A DNA stretch of 56,901 nucleotides from NCBI GenBank assembly GCA_018398765.1, contig JAHBMJ010000107.1, positions 1-56,901 on the forward strand, in the 5' to 3' direction. The position numbers were made by a program, and so were the translations under genes. The stretch comes from Chromera velia. Lineage: Eukaryota. Under the pieces are notes generated by a model. It was not told where the DNA came from. It made no database searches and saw nothing but the letters and a program-made list of their open reading frames with translations. Shown in pieces: positions 36,535 through 50,244 of the stretch. Each line of letters starts with the position of its first letter. Position 1 is the stretch's first letter.

Positions 36535-36572
36535 GGCCCCGGAAAGCGTAGCGCGCGTGCATGGGGCACTTA
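36535..36572 (+). promoter_or_regulatory. Candidate cis-element GGCCCCGGAAAGCGTAGCG..TGGGGCACTTA in a divergent promoter
   Basis: Lies between divergent ATGs at 36176 (-) and 36847 (+). The same extended motif occurs at 43215 and, reverse-complemented, at 26231-26260 and 27509-27538. Confidence 0.4.
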
Positions 36573-36846
36573 AAAAATTTCAGGCGATCCGTCACGCAAC
36601 ACTATGCAACGGCAATGCAACAGCAGTGCAAGGCCAAGAACTGCATGAGCCTTAGTATAGGGCCCGCGATTCCGTGCTTGAGATTGCTTGAGTCTGCAGT
36701 ATACATGGAAGATCAAGATCCAGGGATTGACTAGTAGTGGCTCTTGTTTTCCACCATCGCGCCTCTTCGCAGTAGAGTGCAACTGCATGTTGTTCAAAAA
36801 CGAAAGGTCCATGTGCAACACTTTGCAGCACTGATTCATCCTTCAA

Positions 36847-39800
36847 ATGTATCCTTTCTGGAAAGACCTTGCTCGCGCTCCTCCTTTCGGGAACATCAAG
36901 AACAGTTCTCTCTTACCATGGGAAGAGAGGAATCTGCACAAGCGACAAGCAGAGGCAGAAGAGAACGCCTGGCGACTTCGTGGCCTCCCGAGTAGTGAGG
37001 AGGATAAGGAGGCGCCGTCTCCGAGAGGCACCCCTCACCCGCCTTCTGACAGTGTGAATGCGCCGCGTGTATTCGCGGCATGGCGCTTCCTTGCATGGAG
37101 GCGGTCAACTGTTGGTGTTGCCCTCTTCTTTCTGGTGCCCCTTCTTGTTCTGGAGGGATTTGCGCTGGGTGGGGGTGTGTTGTCGATGATGCTGGATCTC
37201 GGTCGAATGCTGGACTCTTTCAGAGAGAGGGCCCACGGGATGGCTGTGCGTTTTGGGGATGAGTGGCTGGCTCTTTTTGATCAAAGCGTGGCGGGAGTCG
37301 ACGTTGGGGAGGCAGTTGGCACGCGGGTAAGTGGTGCATGAGCTCAGAAGGTGTGTGCGAGAATGTTCAAGTGTTTCAAGAAGAAGAAAGTTCTGAGCGT
37401 ATATGGACGCTGAGTGAGGAGTTCTGCATTTGCCAAGTGGCATAGTGTGCTTGGCGAGAGGACTGTCTCTCTACTCGCTCTCTTGCACTGTTGATTCCTT
37501 CCCGCGTTCTGGCACTTGTTTGGATGTTCCTTTCAACCTTTCTTCCTTCTTTCTTTTGCAGATCGCTGAAGGGCAACTGATCTTGGATATCTCCTTCTGG
37601 CTTGCTGTGGCGTTCCACACAGCTGGCTGTGCCGTTCTTGTGCTTGCATTGCTCCGCTGGTTCTCTCTGGAGGGTTCCCGCAAGCTTGTGCGGTTTGCCT
37701 TCTTCTCTCTTTTTCTCGGTCCTTTCGTCCTTCTTTTGACGCTTCCTCTTCGCACAGCAGTCATTCAACCGTTCCTGGAAGGCTGTAGAGCATATAGAGC
37801 TGAGGGAGGAGTGTGTTCGAAATTAGAAGGAGCGGCAGAGGCAGCGGACCAGCGTGCGCAAGTCGTGACTGCAATTGCAGAAGCGAGAGGAGATGACTTG
37901 GAGAAAGTGGAGTCTGCGCTGCGATCTGCAGGCGCAGGCGTCGCCGCAGAGTTAGAGCTCCAGGTTTTGTCCCTGAGGGCTACGGCCGGACAGGTTGAGA
38001 TGGAAACAAGACAAATGCTCTCGGATACTGAAACAGCCTTGCAGGAAGTGCATGCCAGTTTGAAAGAGGGAGACAGGGAAGGGGCTCTTTCAGGGCTTGC
38101 AAGGGCTCGTGAAGTGCTGGAGACGGCCCCTGAAGTTTTGCAGAAGAGTACCGAAGAGATTTTAGAGACAATCGACGCCTTAGTGTCATTCCTTGAAGCT
38201 CTTGGAGCTGAGACAGCTGAGGCTTTGAATGATGCAAGACGCGAATTGATGGAGGCAGTCTCACGGCTGCAGTCCTTTGTCTCCCTCCTTAGCACTGCGT
38301 GGAAGTCTGCGGAGGGCACGACTGTGTCCCGAGTTCTCGCAACAGCCTCCGCAACAGCTGACACACCGCTGGGCTCGCTTGCGTACGCTACTTTATTCTG
38401 TAGAGTTTGTGAGGCCGGGGCTCTGCCCTGGATTTTGGGGTTCAAGCTGGCGTTGGGGGGGCTGGGGATTCTTGCTCCACTGCTTCTTGCTGTCCCCTCT
38501 GCCGCCGTCAGGGCCTCCAAAGTTGTCGATTTTGTGATTCCGGGACAGGCTGTGACCAAGGTAGGTCAGACGGATAGGGGATAGACAGACGTGGAAAGAA
38601 GGACAAAGGCAGTTACTGTCTGCCTGGCTTTTGTGAGCAATGAATGCATTTGTGGAAGGCCCGATGTTTTTTTTTTCAATGCGCTTTCTGTATTCTTCGG
38701 ACTCCCTTGCTGGTTTGACATTGTTTTTGCGTGAAATCATTTGGCGAGACGGATACGATTTGTGCTGCAGAGGGTGCGGTGGCTTGCCAATTTCTTCTCT
38801 CTCCTCGTATGGGCCCTCTCGCTGGTGATCACCCAGCTTGCGATAGGCGGTCTGTACTCCCACTTCTCCTTCCTCCTGTTCCTCCTTTACCTCGTTTTGT
38901 CAACCGAGGCGGCAGTCAAGGTGAGTCAGTGCAGTGGGATGGGATGGGGTGGAATGGCAGTATGAGCAGGCTCGAGGCATCGATGCTAATTCATTCTGTG
39001 TGGACACAGACTCGGTCCTGTTGCGTTCGTTGTTTCTGAATCCTCCCTCCAATTTTTCTTCATGAGAATCGCTGCAGTTCATCATGGAGTCTCTCAACTC
39101 AGTGTCGAATGCTTGCAGGTCAAAATACTTTCAGTAGACCCAACGGCGCCCTTCCTTCCACTCAATCACTTTATGTATGTTGGTGTTCTGTTGCGTCTGG
39201 ATGCATGTCAGGCCTTCAAGCGGCAAGTGACGGTTCTGGTGTCTGCCTGCGGGCCCGCGAGTCTCCGAAAGAGGCGATCTGAAGATCTCTCGGTGGTTGC
39301 CGGTGCGTTCTTGACAGAGACGTCCGGCGGGGGGGACAGTGGCCGTTCTCTGCAAGGATCCTGTGAGAAAATGAGGAAGGAAACAAGGGGAAGTGACGAA
39401 CATGAAGTGCGCCTCGATTATGTGGATGAGGTTGACGAGACGGGAAACAAAAAGAGTGATGGGAGGGAGGAGAGAAGAAGTCGGTGGCGTTGCTGCCGAA
39501 GAAGAGGAGAGCCGAGACCGTGGGACGAGACCCTCGTGCGTGTTGCCCGTCTCCTCTGTTTGCTGGGCTCTGGAGTGCTCATGGCGGTGATCTTCACTCT
39601 TCCATATGTGGAGGACATTGTCAGCTTCTTCTGGAGGGGTATTGCTGAAGACAGACAAACCAGAATGTGCGTGCGTCAGTTTGGGGTAGGGGGAATTCTT
39701 ACTGAAGCTAGTAACCTTTCACAAGCATGACATTTCGTGTTTGTCTGCCTTCAGCGTTCTTCTTCGCGCTTTTGGGACCCCCAGTCAAATTTTTGGTGCA

Positions 39801-40276
39801 TGGCTCGGGACAGCTGCACCGTTTTTCCTCTTCTCGCCCCCGCATAGACAGACGGAGACGTGCTTCAGGCCGATGTGCATGTCCGCCTGGGCCTGCCCTC
39901 TGTAAAAACACTTCTTAATGTCTTGTCGTCCTTTCAGAATTCGGGTGGCGATCTACTGTGTGGGCTTCACTGTGAACTACTACTCTATCAAAACGGTACG
40001 TGAGCTGTGTTGAGCAGGATCATTTATGTCCTCTATCGTTATGATTTCTCTTTGTATTAGAATGTTTGGAAAAAAGAAACAAAACAGGAAAAGCGACTCC
40101 ATATACTGACTGCATGGGGGTCCACAACGAGGTGAGGGACAGCCAGACGGCTGGTGATTCGGCAGGCTTCCTTTAATTTCTCTGATCATGTATGTATTGG
40201 CAAGTCTATCTACATCCATGTGAAACGGCCTTCGGACCCGATCATGCTTCCCACTCTCTCTCTGTCTCTCTCTGTC

Positions 40277-40347
<71 letters not shown>

Positions 40348-40360
40348 GTGAGTGTATGTT

Positions 40361-40436
<76 letters not shown>

Positions 40437-41289
40437 TGTGTGTGTGTGTGTCTGTGTGTGTGTCTGTGTGTGTGTCTCTGTGTGTGTGTGTGTGCAGGCG
40501 GGTGTGGTGTATTTTGCGGACTGGCTGATCGTTGCTGCTGTGAAGGATGCAGACAATGACAGAACAGTTTCATCTTCTGCGGCTCTCGCTCGGAAGAGAG
40601 AGAGCGGCAGTGAGATTTTGTGGAGAAGCGACTGCGGGGAGAACGAAGGGAGTGGAGAGAGGCGAGAGGACTGCCACAGCCTGTGTCAGGCAAGGGGGGG
40701 AAGTGAGAGGGTTGGACTGGTTGACGTAGAGAGAGCAGAAACGAGTCGGGGTGTCTCTTTTGTGACTCCAGAGAGCAGAACGAAAAACAAGAGTCCACAG
40801 TCAGACAAAGAGGAGGTGGCTCGTCTGTTGAGGGAGTTTCGTCTTCTCCTTCTTGCAGGGCCGTTCTTCAATCCCCTCTGCAGCAGCTGTGGGGGTGGGA
40901 AGAGACGAGGGGGAAACTTCAAACAGGGAAAGGAGCCTTCTGCTGAGAAAAGAAGGGCACAAAGCAGCTACCGATGCTGTCAGTCCTTTTCGTTTCCCTT
41001 TTTGTCGGTCCGTCTGGCACAGACACGGAGAGCAAAATTGCCCGCGGCAGCTTCATCCGAGGAAGGGAGCGGCAGGGAGAACAGAGAGAGGGACGAGGAG
41101 ACAGGGATGAGTGCCGAGCCAGCCCCGGTCCCTGACCCTGTCCGGGTAGAAAGCGAAGAACAGAAAGAGGGTTGCGCGACTGTCCAAGTGGAAAACGCCC
41201 GAACTTTTCCACGAGAAGACAAAGGAGTCCGCAGATCGGAGGAGCAGAGGCATGCAGTGGATGTCCTTGAGAACAGTGATGCTGCATAA
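36847..41289 (+). CDS. Hypothetical multipass membrane protein with a large A/E/L-rich helical loop, 6 exons, ~977 aa
   Basis: Phase-consistent exons 36847-37326, 37562-38560, 38771-38920, 39212-39666, 39938-39995, 40498-41289 (2934 nt). Roughly 8-9 hydrophobic segments and a ~170-aa amphipathic helical region bracketed by Cys pairs. Confidence 0.72.
40255..40495. repeat. (CT)n-(TG)n microsatellite ending at an acceptor site
   Basis: Directly visible; the TG run ends at CAG 40495-40497. Confidence 0.9.
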
Positions 41290-44119
41290 TTCACTTCATT
41301 GTGGAAAGAAAAATAGAAGGTGATTAAAGGACGTTTCTTTCCGGCATTCACTCATTCGCATGTGGAATGACAAATGATCTATTTTAAATTCCACAGTGTC
41401 TTGCCGTCTCGACTCTCGAGTCGATCCCAGAAAGAAAATGCAACGCTAGAGTGTTCACTCACTCACTCCCTATACAATTCGATCCTCAGCCTCATGCAAT
41501 CATGCGGCCTCTCTTCCTCCTTCATCCACGCTTGCTTTACAAACTGATTTGCCTGCATGCATGTTGGCTGCCGTTTCTGCATTGCGGTGGAGCGTCCGCC
41601 CATCTTCCTTGTAGTCCGGATTTGCCGGACTAGTCAGGGCCTTCCGGTTTCAAGAATTTATCTCTGCCTTGCTTGGCCTCTCTGTAAGTGTGCGTCCTGT
41701 CCTCATGTGTGCGTGCAACAGCCACGCGTTGGAAATCTGGCCTAGTGTTGGGCCGCACCTGAAATCCTATGCATGCTAGGTGACACACAGACGAAGAGCA
41801 GTACAGAGCGTGCAAGAGTCAGTGACACGTACGCGTCGATCAGTTTTGTGTGTGTAGAGCGTCACTGTAGGAATTCAGGCGTTGATGGCCGAGGGGGTGT
41901 TTCATGTAAAAAAGTGTGTGCGCGCGCGCGCGTGTGTGTGTATGTGTGTGTGGGGGGGGAGGGGGGGTTGGTGGGTGGGTGCATGTGTACGTGTGTGTGC
42001 GTTAGTGTCTGTTTCAAAAGCTTCCTGACAGGGAGACTAGAAGGATGCTCCTGAGAAGGTGAGGTTAAAGCTGAGGACTTGGCGCCTGATGCTCAACTTT
42101 GTAGGCCCGCGCTCTGCTGTTATGTTTGGGATCGGTTGCAAGCACACATGCATACATTTTGTAAGTCTACAAAAAACAAAAACTAGAACAAAAACCTTGT
42201 CCTTGACTTTGAACACGCCTTTAACGCTATATGATGCTATATGGCATTAACGGTGGCATTGTGTCTAGCTGTATCTAGCTTTCAAGTTGCGTGATACTTT
42301 ACCTAGTACTTTATGCAGTGCAGAATTGAGCGGTACATTGACATCGGAGAGCTATTTTATCATACTCTTTTAAACTTTTTTTGACAGTTAGTTCTTGTAG
42401 TTACCTAGGTAGTTACGGTACTTGTAAAAGCTTAATTCCATGATTAAAAAAAATTGATAAGGTTAAAAATTTACTTTGGAACCCCTTCTGCCAGTATATT
42501 TCTTTCACGTGCACAGGGTTCAAATGCACTGCAGATATAATTAGATATAATTAATAGAATGGATCATTCAATCATTATTGCTCGATAAACTTTGAAGGCT
42601 AGGCTGCTCTGCAGGACCGTGTAGTTGTTCTCCAGTAACCATCGGTGGTCTACAAGCTTAAACAACCATTCTCAAGTCTGAGACGAAAAACGAAATTCAT
42701 TCTACTTACCTACTACTACGTGTACTTACCAATCACTTCTTAGAAGATAAAGTTGACAGTAATTTACAAAAACTTATAAAATCTAGCTTAAGATGATCTA
42801 ACAGTATCTTAGAGCGATGTTTTACAATGTTTCAAATACACGAAAAACTGGAAGTGTTAACTAGTGTTAATTTATGCTCACTGATATATATGAGGAGTTC
42901 CCAAAAGTTCAGGCTGAGTCCCTGACCAACCGACATCTTTAGACTCCCCATTCAACGGTTTCAACCAATAAGCTATGGTTAGTTACTTACTTAGTTAGTT
43001 AGTTAGTTACAGGATGCTTAACCGCAGTTGGAGTAAGTTGGAGCTAGTTGGAGCGCTAAGCTCCCGGGATATCTATTGACAAGTATCAAAAAAATGACAA
43101 AAAAACTACAATTCAAAATGTTTTTATAAAAAAACATTGTTGTCATCATGCAGGGGGCGTGCAACATAGGGTGCGCGGCGCGGCCAAACTCTTTTTCAAA
43201 GAGCGCGCCGCCATGGCCCCGGAAAGCGTAGCGTGGGGCACTTAGAAAATGCAAATCCCTGAGCCCACATGCGCAGCTCGGAGAATTGACGCCCCGGAAA
43301 GTCGCTGGTCTAGAAAAACGATCCAAATGCCTCTGCATGCGCCACCAAAATTCCAAATGAAACAATTTCATGCTGCATATTGAATTGAGTGACTGAGAAA
43401 CGTGTTGAAAAGCAGGGCACAAGATCGCTTCTGTACCAGTCGCTTCTTCTACTGAACTGTGCGTCGGCAGTCGCTGTGGATTTTTCTTGTCCAAGAGTTC
43501 TTTGGCTAGCTCAACCAGCTAGTTGTTGTTGCCGTCTCCCCAGGCCGTCTCCATACATTAAAGATTGCATGTTCACGATGGCGCTTGCCACAATACTTTA
43601 TGTTTATCGTGCCATTGGATTCCTTTAGTTTGTGTGCCTCGCTTTCCAAGTTGCAAAAAGCTCTCTTTGTGTCAAAAACAAGACGGGGAGGCTGCTGTGG
43701 AGGTACGTGAAGTGTGTGCATGTCTGTTCCGGAATTTACGTGTCTGTCAATGAATAGCCTCTGCGTCTCTTCTGACCTCTGTGTCTTTTCACTTCGCGAT
43801 ATGCACTGCATGTGCGTCCGCTTTTTGCTGTGTTTTCATTGTCTTTGCAGCCTCTCTTCGCTCTGTGGCGTTTCTGCGGGTCCATACATTTATTCTCTCT
43901 GCATCAGGTCGTCTTTTCTCGTTCTTTGAATCTTCCTGCTTTCTCCTCTCTGTGCCAATGCGCATTCCCTCCGCATTTCTTCTTTCATCTTCGTTCAAAC
44001 ATTCTCTCTGTGTCTGCCTTGGCGCGCTTCTCCGTTCATTGGTTGAATGCATCTCTTTGCATCTTTTCTCTCCTCTCGATCAATCTATTCCCTTTCAGTC
44101 GCTACTGCTGTCTCTACAC

Positions 44120-44712
44120 ATTGACTGCCTCTGCGTCACTTCTGCCATACTTCTGTCATCTCCATGCTTTGACTCGCTTTGCGTCGCTTCTGCCGTCTCC
44201 ATGCATTGCATGACTCTCTCTGCGTCACTGTTTGCTTGTCCATCCATGGAAACTCTCTACGTAACTGTTGTCTTCTCCATGAATTGACTGCCTCGCTTCA
44301 TTACTGCCGTTGCCATGCGTTGGTCCCGCTACGTCGCTGTTGCCTTCTCTATCCTTCTCTGTGCATTGGCTCTCTTGAAGTTTGCGTCGCTTCTGCCGCC
44401 TCCATGCGTTGACTCTCCCTTCGTCGCTTCTGCCGCGCTAACTGCCGCGTCTTCATGCATTGACTCTATCTGCGTCACTTCTCAGACTGCCGCTTCCATG
44501 TGTTGACTCTCTCTGTGTCGCTTTAGCGGTTTCAATGCATTCACTCTATCTGTCTCACTTCTCAGACTGCCGCCTCCATGCGTTGACTCCCTCTGCGTCG
44601 CTGTTGCCTTTTCGATATTCATTGCCTCTCTCTGCTTCATTGATGCCATCTCCATGCATTGACATGTGTTGACTTTCTTTCTAGCTTTCTTTGCGTCGCT
44701 TTTGCCGTCTGC
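44120..44712. repeat. Degenerate ~37-45-bp minisatellite (consensus ~TTGACTCTCTCTGCGTCGCTTCTGCCGTCTCCATGCA)
   Basis: TTGACT..TGCGTCRCT..CTCCATGC blocks recur about a dozen times. Confidence 0.65.
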
Positions 44713-46050
44713 TAGCCGTTTGCGAGCGTTCGCTCTCTGTGCGGCCGTGTTTGTCCATTTAATGTGTCTGCATCGCATCGCCGCCTCGCTGTCGACATGC
44801 ACTCAGATTTTGTCGATCTACTTGCTTTCGCGGTCCCTTTCCATTGCTTCTCTTTCCTCACTGTACGGGCGCAAAGTAAACAAAACTTATTACAAAAGTG
44901 ATTATACTTCCATACACTTGTGAAGCGTGGTACGTCATTGCTGATCAATGAGAGCCAGTTGCTTCGGTATGCTTCGGCATGTCCACCTTCCTGATGAGTC
45001 AATGTTCAAATTTAATGTATTCAAATGCTCGCGCAAGAGATAATGATCATAGTGTTGAGACTAACTGAGACGCTATAAGTCTAAATAAATATAAACGAGT
45101 CTTTTTTTATGAACTTTACTTGTTAAACTTAAGAAAGAAAACCGTGTAGTGATCATAAGAATGCTAAAGTAAACTTAGCATTACGTCTAGCATTATATAA
45201 ATTTGTGTAGATTTGATTGAATTAGATTGAATTTGATTTTACTAAAAAATACTGTATATAGCTGAAAAGTGGAGAGCACGGCGATGATATTTTATAATAT
45301 TTTTTAATATTTTTTAAAAAACAGTAAGACAACTTATTTTTTATTTATTTAATTACAAATTGAAATTTCAATCAATTAATGTGTTATGTGTAACAAATGA
45401 ATGCAAATAGCTAGTAGCTAGCTTGATTTTATTCTTTTTTAAAAAACATTTTTAAAGAATTGCGCTTTGTATAGTGTCGCACAGTCATACGTGCTAATTC
45501 ACACTCGGACACTCTCTATACAACTGTTCCAAGTTCCAACGAGTTCCAACTTCCTACTTCCTCTTTATCATGCAGTTCGATTTCTGTCAGACTGTCGGTT
45601 TCATTCAGTTTTATATGTTGCAGGTAGTTGCAGGCTATTTCAGGCCGACTTCAGAAGAAACGTTTAAGTGCCTCCATTGCATCCACAGTATGATGATTCA
45701 CTGCGGCTTTCCGGGGCCGTTCGATAATGATGCAAGATCAGATGCTAGATCGATAATGATCGATATGGTTCAAGGGGCCTCATGCAGTGCATGCTGCCTC
45801 ACTTGCTAATTTGTTTGGGCGGCCCAATTCTTGCAGTCACAGAATAGTCACAGACCTCTCGCGATTGTGTCGCAATGTCTCCGCCCTGTGTTAGGAGAGG
45901 CTTCAGTGTGATGGTGGTTTGGTAGGTTTTTCAGGCGCTTCTTTAGTTTTCCATGCGGACATAACGGAAGGGAAGGGTCTCGAATTGAAAGTGTCGACCA
46001 CTTGCTGATCGACGATCTGTTGGTCCATATTAATTTCATAGGAACTAAAG

Positions 46051-49000
46051 ATGTCCGCCTTTGAGGAATTGGGCATGTGCCCAGAGATTATTCAGGCCAT
46101 CGAAGAGGATGGTTGGCTTCTGCCGACTCCTGTACAGGCAGAGGCCGTGCCTCTCATTCTGGGGGGGGGAGACGTGTGTGCGGCTGCGGAGACGGGGAGC
46201 GGCAAAACGGGGGCTTTCGGCCTTCCTTGCCTGCAGATCGTGCATGAGGCGCTGAGAAATAAAGCGCTGACATCTTTCAAAAAAGGAGGGGGTTCAGGAA
46301 GTGCTGGAGTCGAGGTGAAGCTGAGCATCGATGATAAGGATGCCTTTGTGCTCGTTTCCGAGGACGGCACGGAGGCGAAGAGTGACGACAATCGGAGATG
46401 GAGTGGCATTCGCGGCTCTGCAGATGTTCTCAGAGGAAAGTATATGTATGAGGTGGAAATCACCACCCAGGATTCTTTGTGCCGTCTCGGATGGGCCACT
46501 CAATTTGCAATGCTGGAGTTGGGCAAGGACGACAAATCGTTTGGGTATGGCGGGACTGGAAAGAAGTCCTGGAACGGGACTTTTGAGGATTACGGGGGGC
46601 CTTTTGGGTTCGAAGACGTCATTGGATGTCTTCTCGATCGCTCTGAGGGAACCCACACCGTTTCATATTACAAAAACGGAAAGCCCCTCGGGGAGGCATT
46701 CAAGCTCCCCCCCGCCATGACACACACGGGGCTTCGCCCAGGTATCTGTGGGAAGAAGTTTGAAGTGAAGTGCAACTTCACAAACCTGAAACACCCCGTG
46801 GCCGGGTACACACCCCTGGGGCAACTGGACGCCTCGCATACTTCTGCAGGGCTTTCCGGGGCCACTGGCGTGCAGGGACGTGCCAAGCGTCCGCCTCTAT
46901 GTGTGATTTTGGAGCCCACCCGCGACCTTGCTGAGCAGACGTACAAGTGCATGACGCACTTCGGAAAGTATCTGGATGCCCCCCCCGTGCGTGTGGGCCT
47001 GTTCGTTGGAGGGGTGGAGGAGAAGAAGCAGCTGGAGCTGCTGGAGTACGGGGTCGATGTGGTCGTGGGGACTCTATCGAAGGTCTGTCGGTGGTCTGCG
47101 TAGTCTGTCTGTCTGTCTGTCTGTCTGTCCGTTCGTCTCTCGAGTGCGTCTGGAGTGCCGGATATGCCGATTTGGGGATTCGCATTCAGAGATATTCTAG
47201 AAGCATGGCGGGAGGGCCATTTGCCCTTCTGGTCGGAACAGTTTCTTCTCTCTCTCTCGACGCGGGAGTGGTCGTAGATGGAGTAAGGTAGTCTTGGATT
47301 TGCCAGTTCAAACAGCGTGAACGAACTCGAGTGTCTGCCTTCCTGCCTATCTGCTGCAGGTGATGGAGCACGTCTCCCGACAGAGACTTGACCTGAGTGC
47401 CCTTCGTTTCCTGGTGCTCGATGAGGCCGACGACTTGATGAAGAACGACGACAGGAAGCAGATTCCAACCATCAAAAGGAGGGCAGAGGCAGGAGCCCCG
47501 GGGGGGGAGAGGAAAAGACTGCAGACTTTATTCTTCTCTGCAACGCTGCATGGCCCAGAGGTCCGACAGGCCATCGAGAGCCTGTGCGACAAACCGACAT
47601 GGGTCGACCTCAAGGGGCGCCCCTCGATTCCTGACACCGTGCATTTCGTCAGGTCAGCCTGCCTTCTTGCCTGTGTGTGCGTGGCTGTGCGGCCGACTTT
47701 CTGTCTTTTGGAAGGAAACTTGTCTGTCTCTTTGTCTGTAGATCGATTCTATTTTTTTTGTATTTGAAGATCGCAACTTCCCTTCCTCTCCCCTTGCGAG
47801 TCGGTGCCTTTCCATTTCTTTCAACACGTGAACTAATGCTCTGGTTGTCTGCCATCCCCCCCTCCGTGCGACTGCTATCTGCCTTCCATGAGGAATCAGA
47901 GACGACAGCAGGCCCACGAAGGACGTGCATGCCAACTGAGGGCACCTCTCTCTCTGAGTGTGTGTGTCTCTCTCTGCCTGCCTGCCCCCAGGTACGCCAT
48001 CGACCCCCGCCGCCCCCTTCCTCTCCTCAAGTCCGCCTCCAAGACCTCCACACCGCCCGCGCTGAGCCGCCCGCAGACCGACGGTGTCCACGCACGGGAC
48101 GACACACGGCCCCAACAGACGACCCCGGAGGCCTTCTCCGAGAACATCAAATTCCAAAAACCGCAGGCACTGGTGCTTATAGCTGATGCCCTCCGCATGG
48201 AGACGTGTCTGGTGTTCTGCCGGACCAATTTGGACTGCGATAATTTGGAGAAATACTTGAACCAGCTCGGGGGGGGAAGGGGGTTCAGTGGGAAGGCGGA
48301 GACGGGAAAGGAGAACCCGTACTCGTGCGTCGTTCTTGCAGGTCGGTTGCTTGGTGCATGGGTGGTTCGTTCCCACCTTGGTTCGTTTGTGTATTGGCTG
48401 GTTTGTTCGTTTACTCCTTCGTTGGCTGGTTCATCAGCTACCGCGTTGGTTGGGCATGAGTTTGTTTGTCGGTTTCACGATTTTTTATCCTTTTTTTTTT
48501 TTGGTTTGTCGGTTCGCTTGTTTTCCTGTTGCTGGCGGCTTTCTTTTTGTCGTTTGCCGGTTTTCAGATGTGTACCATGGGGACGAATGTGCAACTCTGA
48601 TGATTTTCCCGTGCGTGCGCGCTGGTTCTTCCTTTTGTTTGTTGTCTCCTCTTTCTTGCAGGCATGCGTCAGCAGGAGGAAAGACGGCGGAATTTGGAAC
48701 ATTTCAAATCGGGGGACGTTCGATTCCTCATCTGCACAGACGTTGCAGCGAGAGGGCTTGACATCAAAGAACTTCCTTTCCTCGTCAGTAAATCAATCAC
48801 AGAGACCCACAGGAGAGCCGCATCTCTCTCTCTGTGTGTGTATTCCCCTCTTTCCCTCCCTCCCTCCACCCCCGCCGAGAAGCCCCCTCTTTCTCTCTTT
48901 CCCTCTGTGAGAGTGATTGACAGAGACGTAAAGAAAGAAAGAAAGAAAGAAAGAACGAACGAACGAACGAAAGAAAGAAAGAAAGAAATCCATCATCTGA

Positions 49001-50244
49001 TGTACTCCCTGTACTGGGTTGGGGGTCCCGACTCTCTTCAGTTCTCCATAATCCCGTCTGTCGGAATTTCATTCAGTGTGCAGCCACCGACCCTCCATGA
49101 TTGCTAGAGAGTCCTTAATTCTCTCTCTGCGTGTCCGTCCGGCTTTTCGTTCCTTTTCGTTCACTTAATTGCCGCCAATTATGGGTGCATGGATGAGGGA
49201 ATATTCGTATAGATAAGTGCCGAAGCAAGTCAACAAAGGGTCTGTCTGCATGTCTGCAGGTGGCTGGGTGGGTCTGCCTGCATGACTCTACTTCATGTCT
49301 GTCACGCGCACAAAAACAAATGAATGGAAGCATGAACGAATCAACGAGTGCCTGTCCCTTTTTTTTGCCTTCCTTAAATTCCGTCTCCCTTAATTCCTCC
49401 TTTTTTCTTCTTCTCTTCTTTCTGTGTACGTTCAGATGATGATGACTTTGCCTGACGACCCAGATCAATTCTTCCACAGAGTCGGGAGGGTGGGACGGGC
49501 AGATCGCATGGGCCTCGCGGTCTCTCTTTCGGCTTCAGAGAAAGAAAAGGTGAATTCTTCTGCCTGTGTTGCTCTTCCCCACCTCCCTCCTTGTTTTCTC
49601 ATTGAAACGCATGCACGCACGCAAACACACACTCACTCGCTCACTCACTCACTCACTCACGCGCTTATCCATCTCCGTTGCCTTGTTCACCGTTCAATGA
49701 GAGCTCTGCTCATTGGCTTGTCTCTTTCCTTTCTCCACTTTTTTGTGCGTGCATGTGGACGTACTGCATGCAGGTGTGGTACCACAAGTGTCCGAACAGA
49801 GGGAGAGGATGCGAGAACACGAGACTGGTCGAACAGGGGGGGTGCACGATCTGGTACGATGAGCCCGGGTATCTGAAGGCGATTGAGGAGCGAGTGGGAA
49901 AGCAGATCCCGGTGATGGACCCCCTTGACCTCTCTGTCGAGGGTGTACTGTCGCCCTCCTCTGGTCAGCCTGGACAGGGGAAGGGGGAGGAGGGGGCGGG
50001 AGTGAGGGAGAGGAGCAGAAGAACATCTGCGGGGGGTGGAGCGGGTGCAGGCGGTACCCAGCCTGGTGTTGCGGGGAAGGCGGGTGCGATGGTGATGTAT
50101 GGGAAGGCTCGGGAGGATGCAGGGATGAAGGAGACACTCGCACATTTGAAGTCTCTGTCTCCTGCAGTGCAGAAGCTCCTCGAACTGGAAGCTGCGGCCC
50201 AAACGCAATTTGCAAAGGCGGCAGCAGGGCAATGGGCGAATTGA
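46051..50244 (+). CDS. DDX1: ATP-dependent DEAD-box RNA helicase DDX1 (SPRY insert), 6 exons, ~793 aa
   Basis: Exons 46051-47082, 47360-47652, 47992-48341, 48662-48783, 49436-49549, 49774-50244. Q motif and AETGSGKT are followed by a SPRY domain ([27 protein letters not shown]), then [31 protein letters not shown] and the DDX1-typical VWYH..GGCTIWY. Confidence 0.95.
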
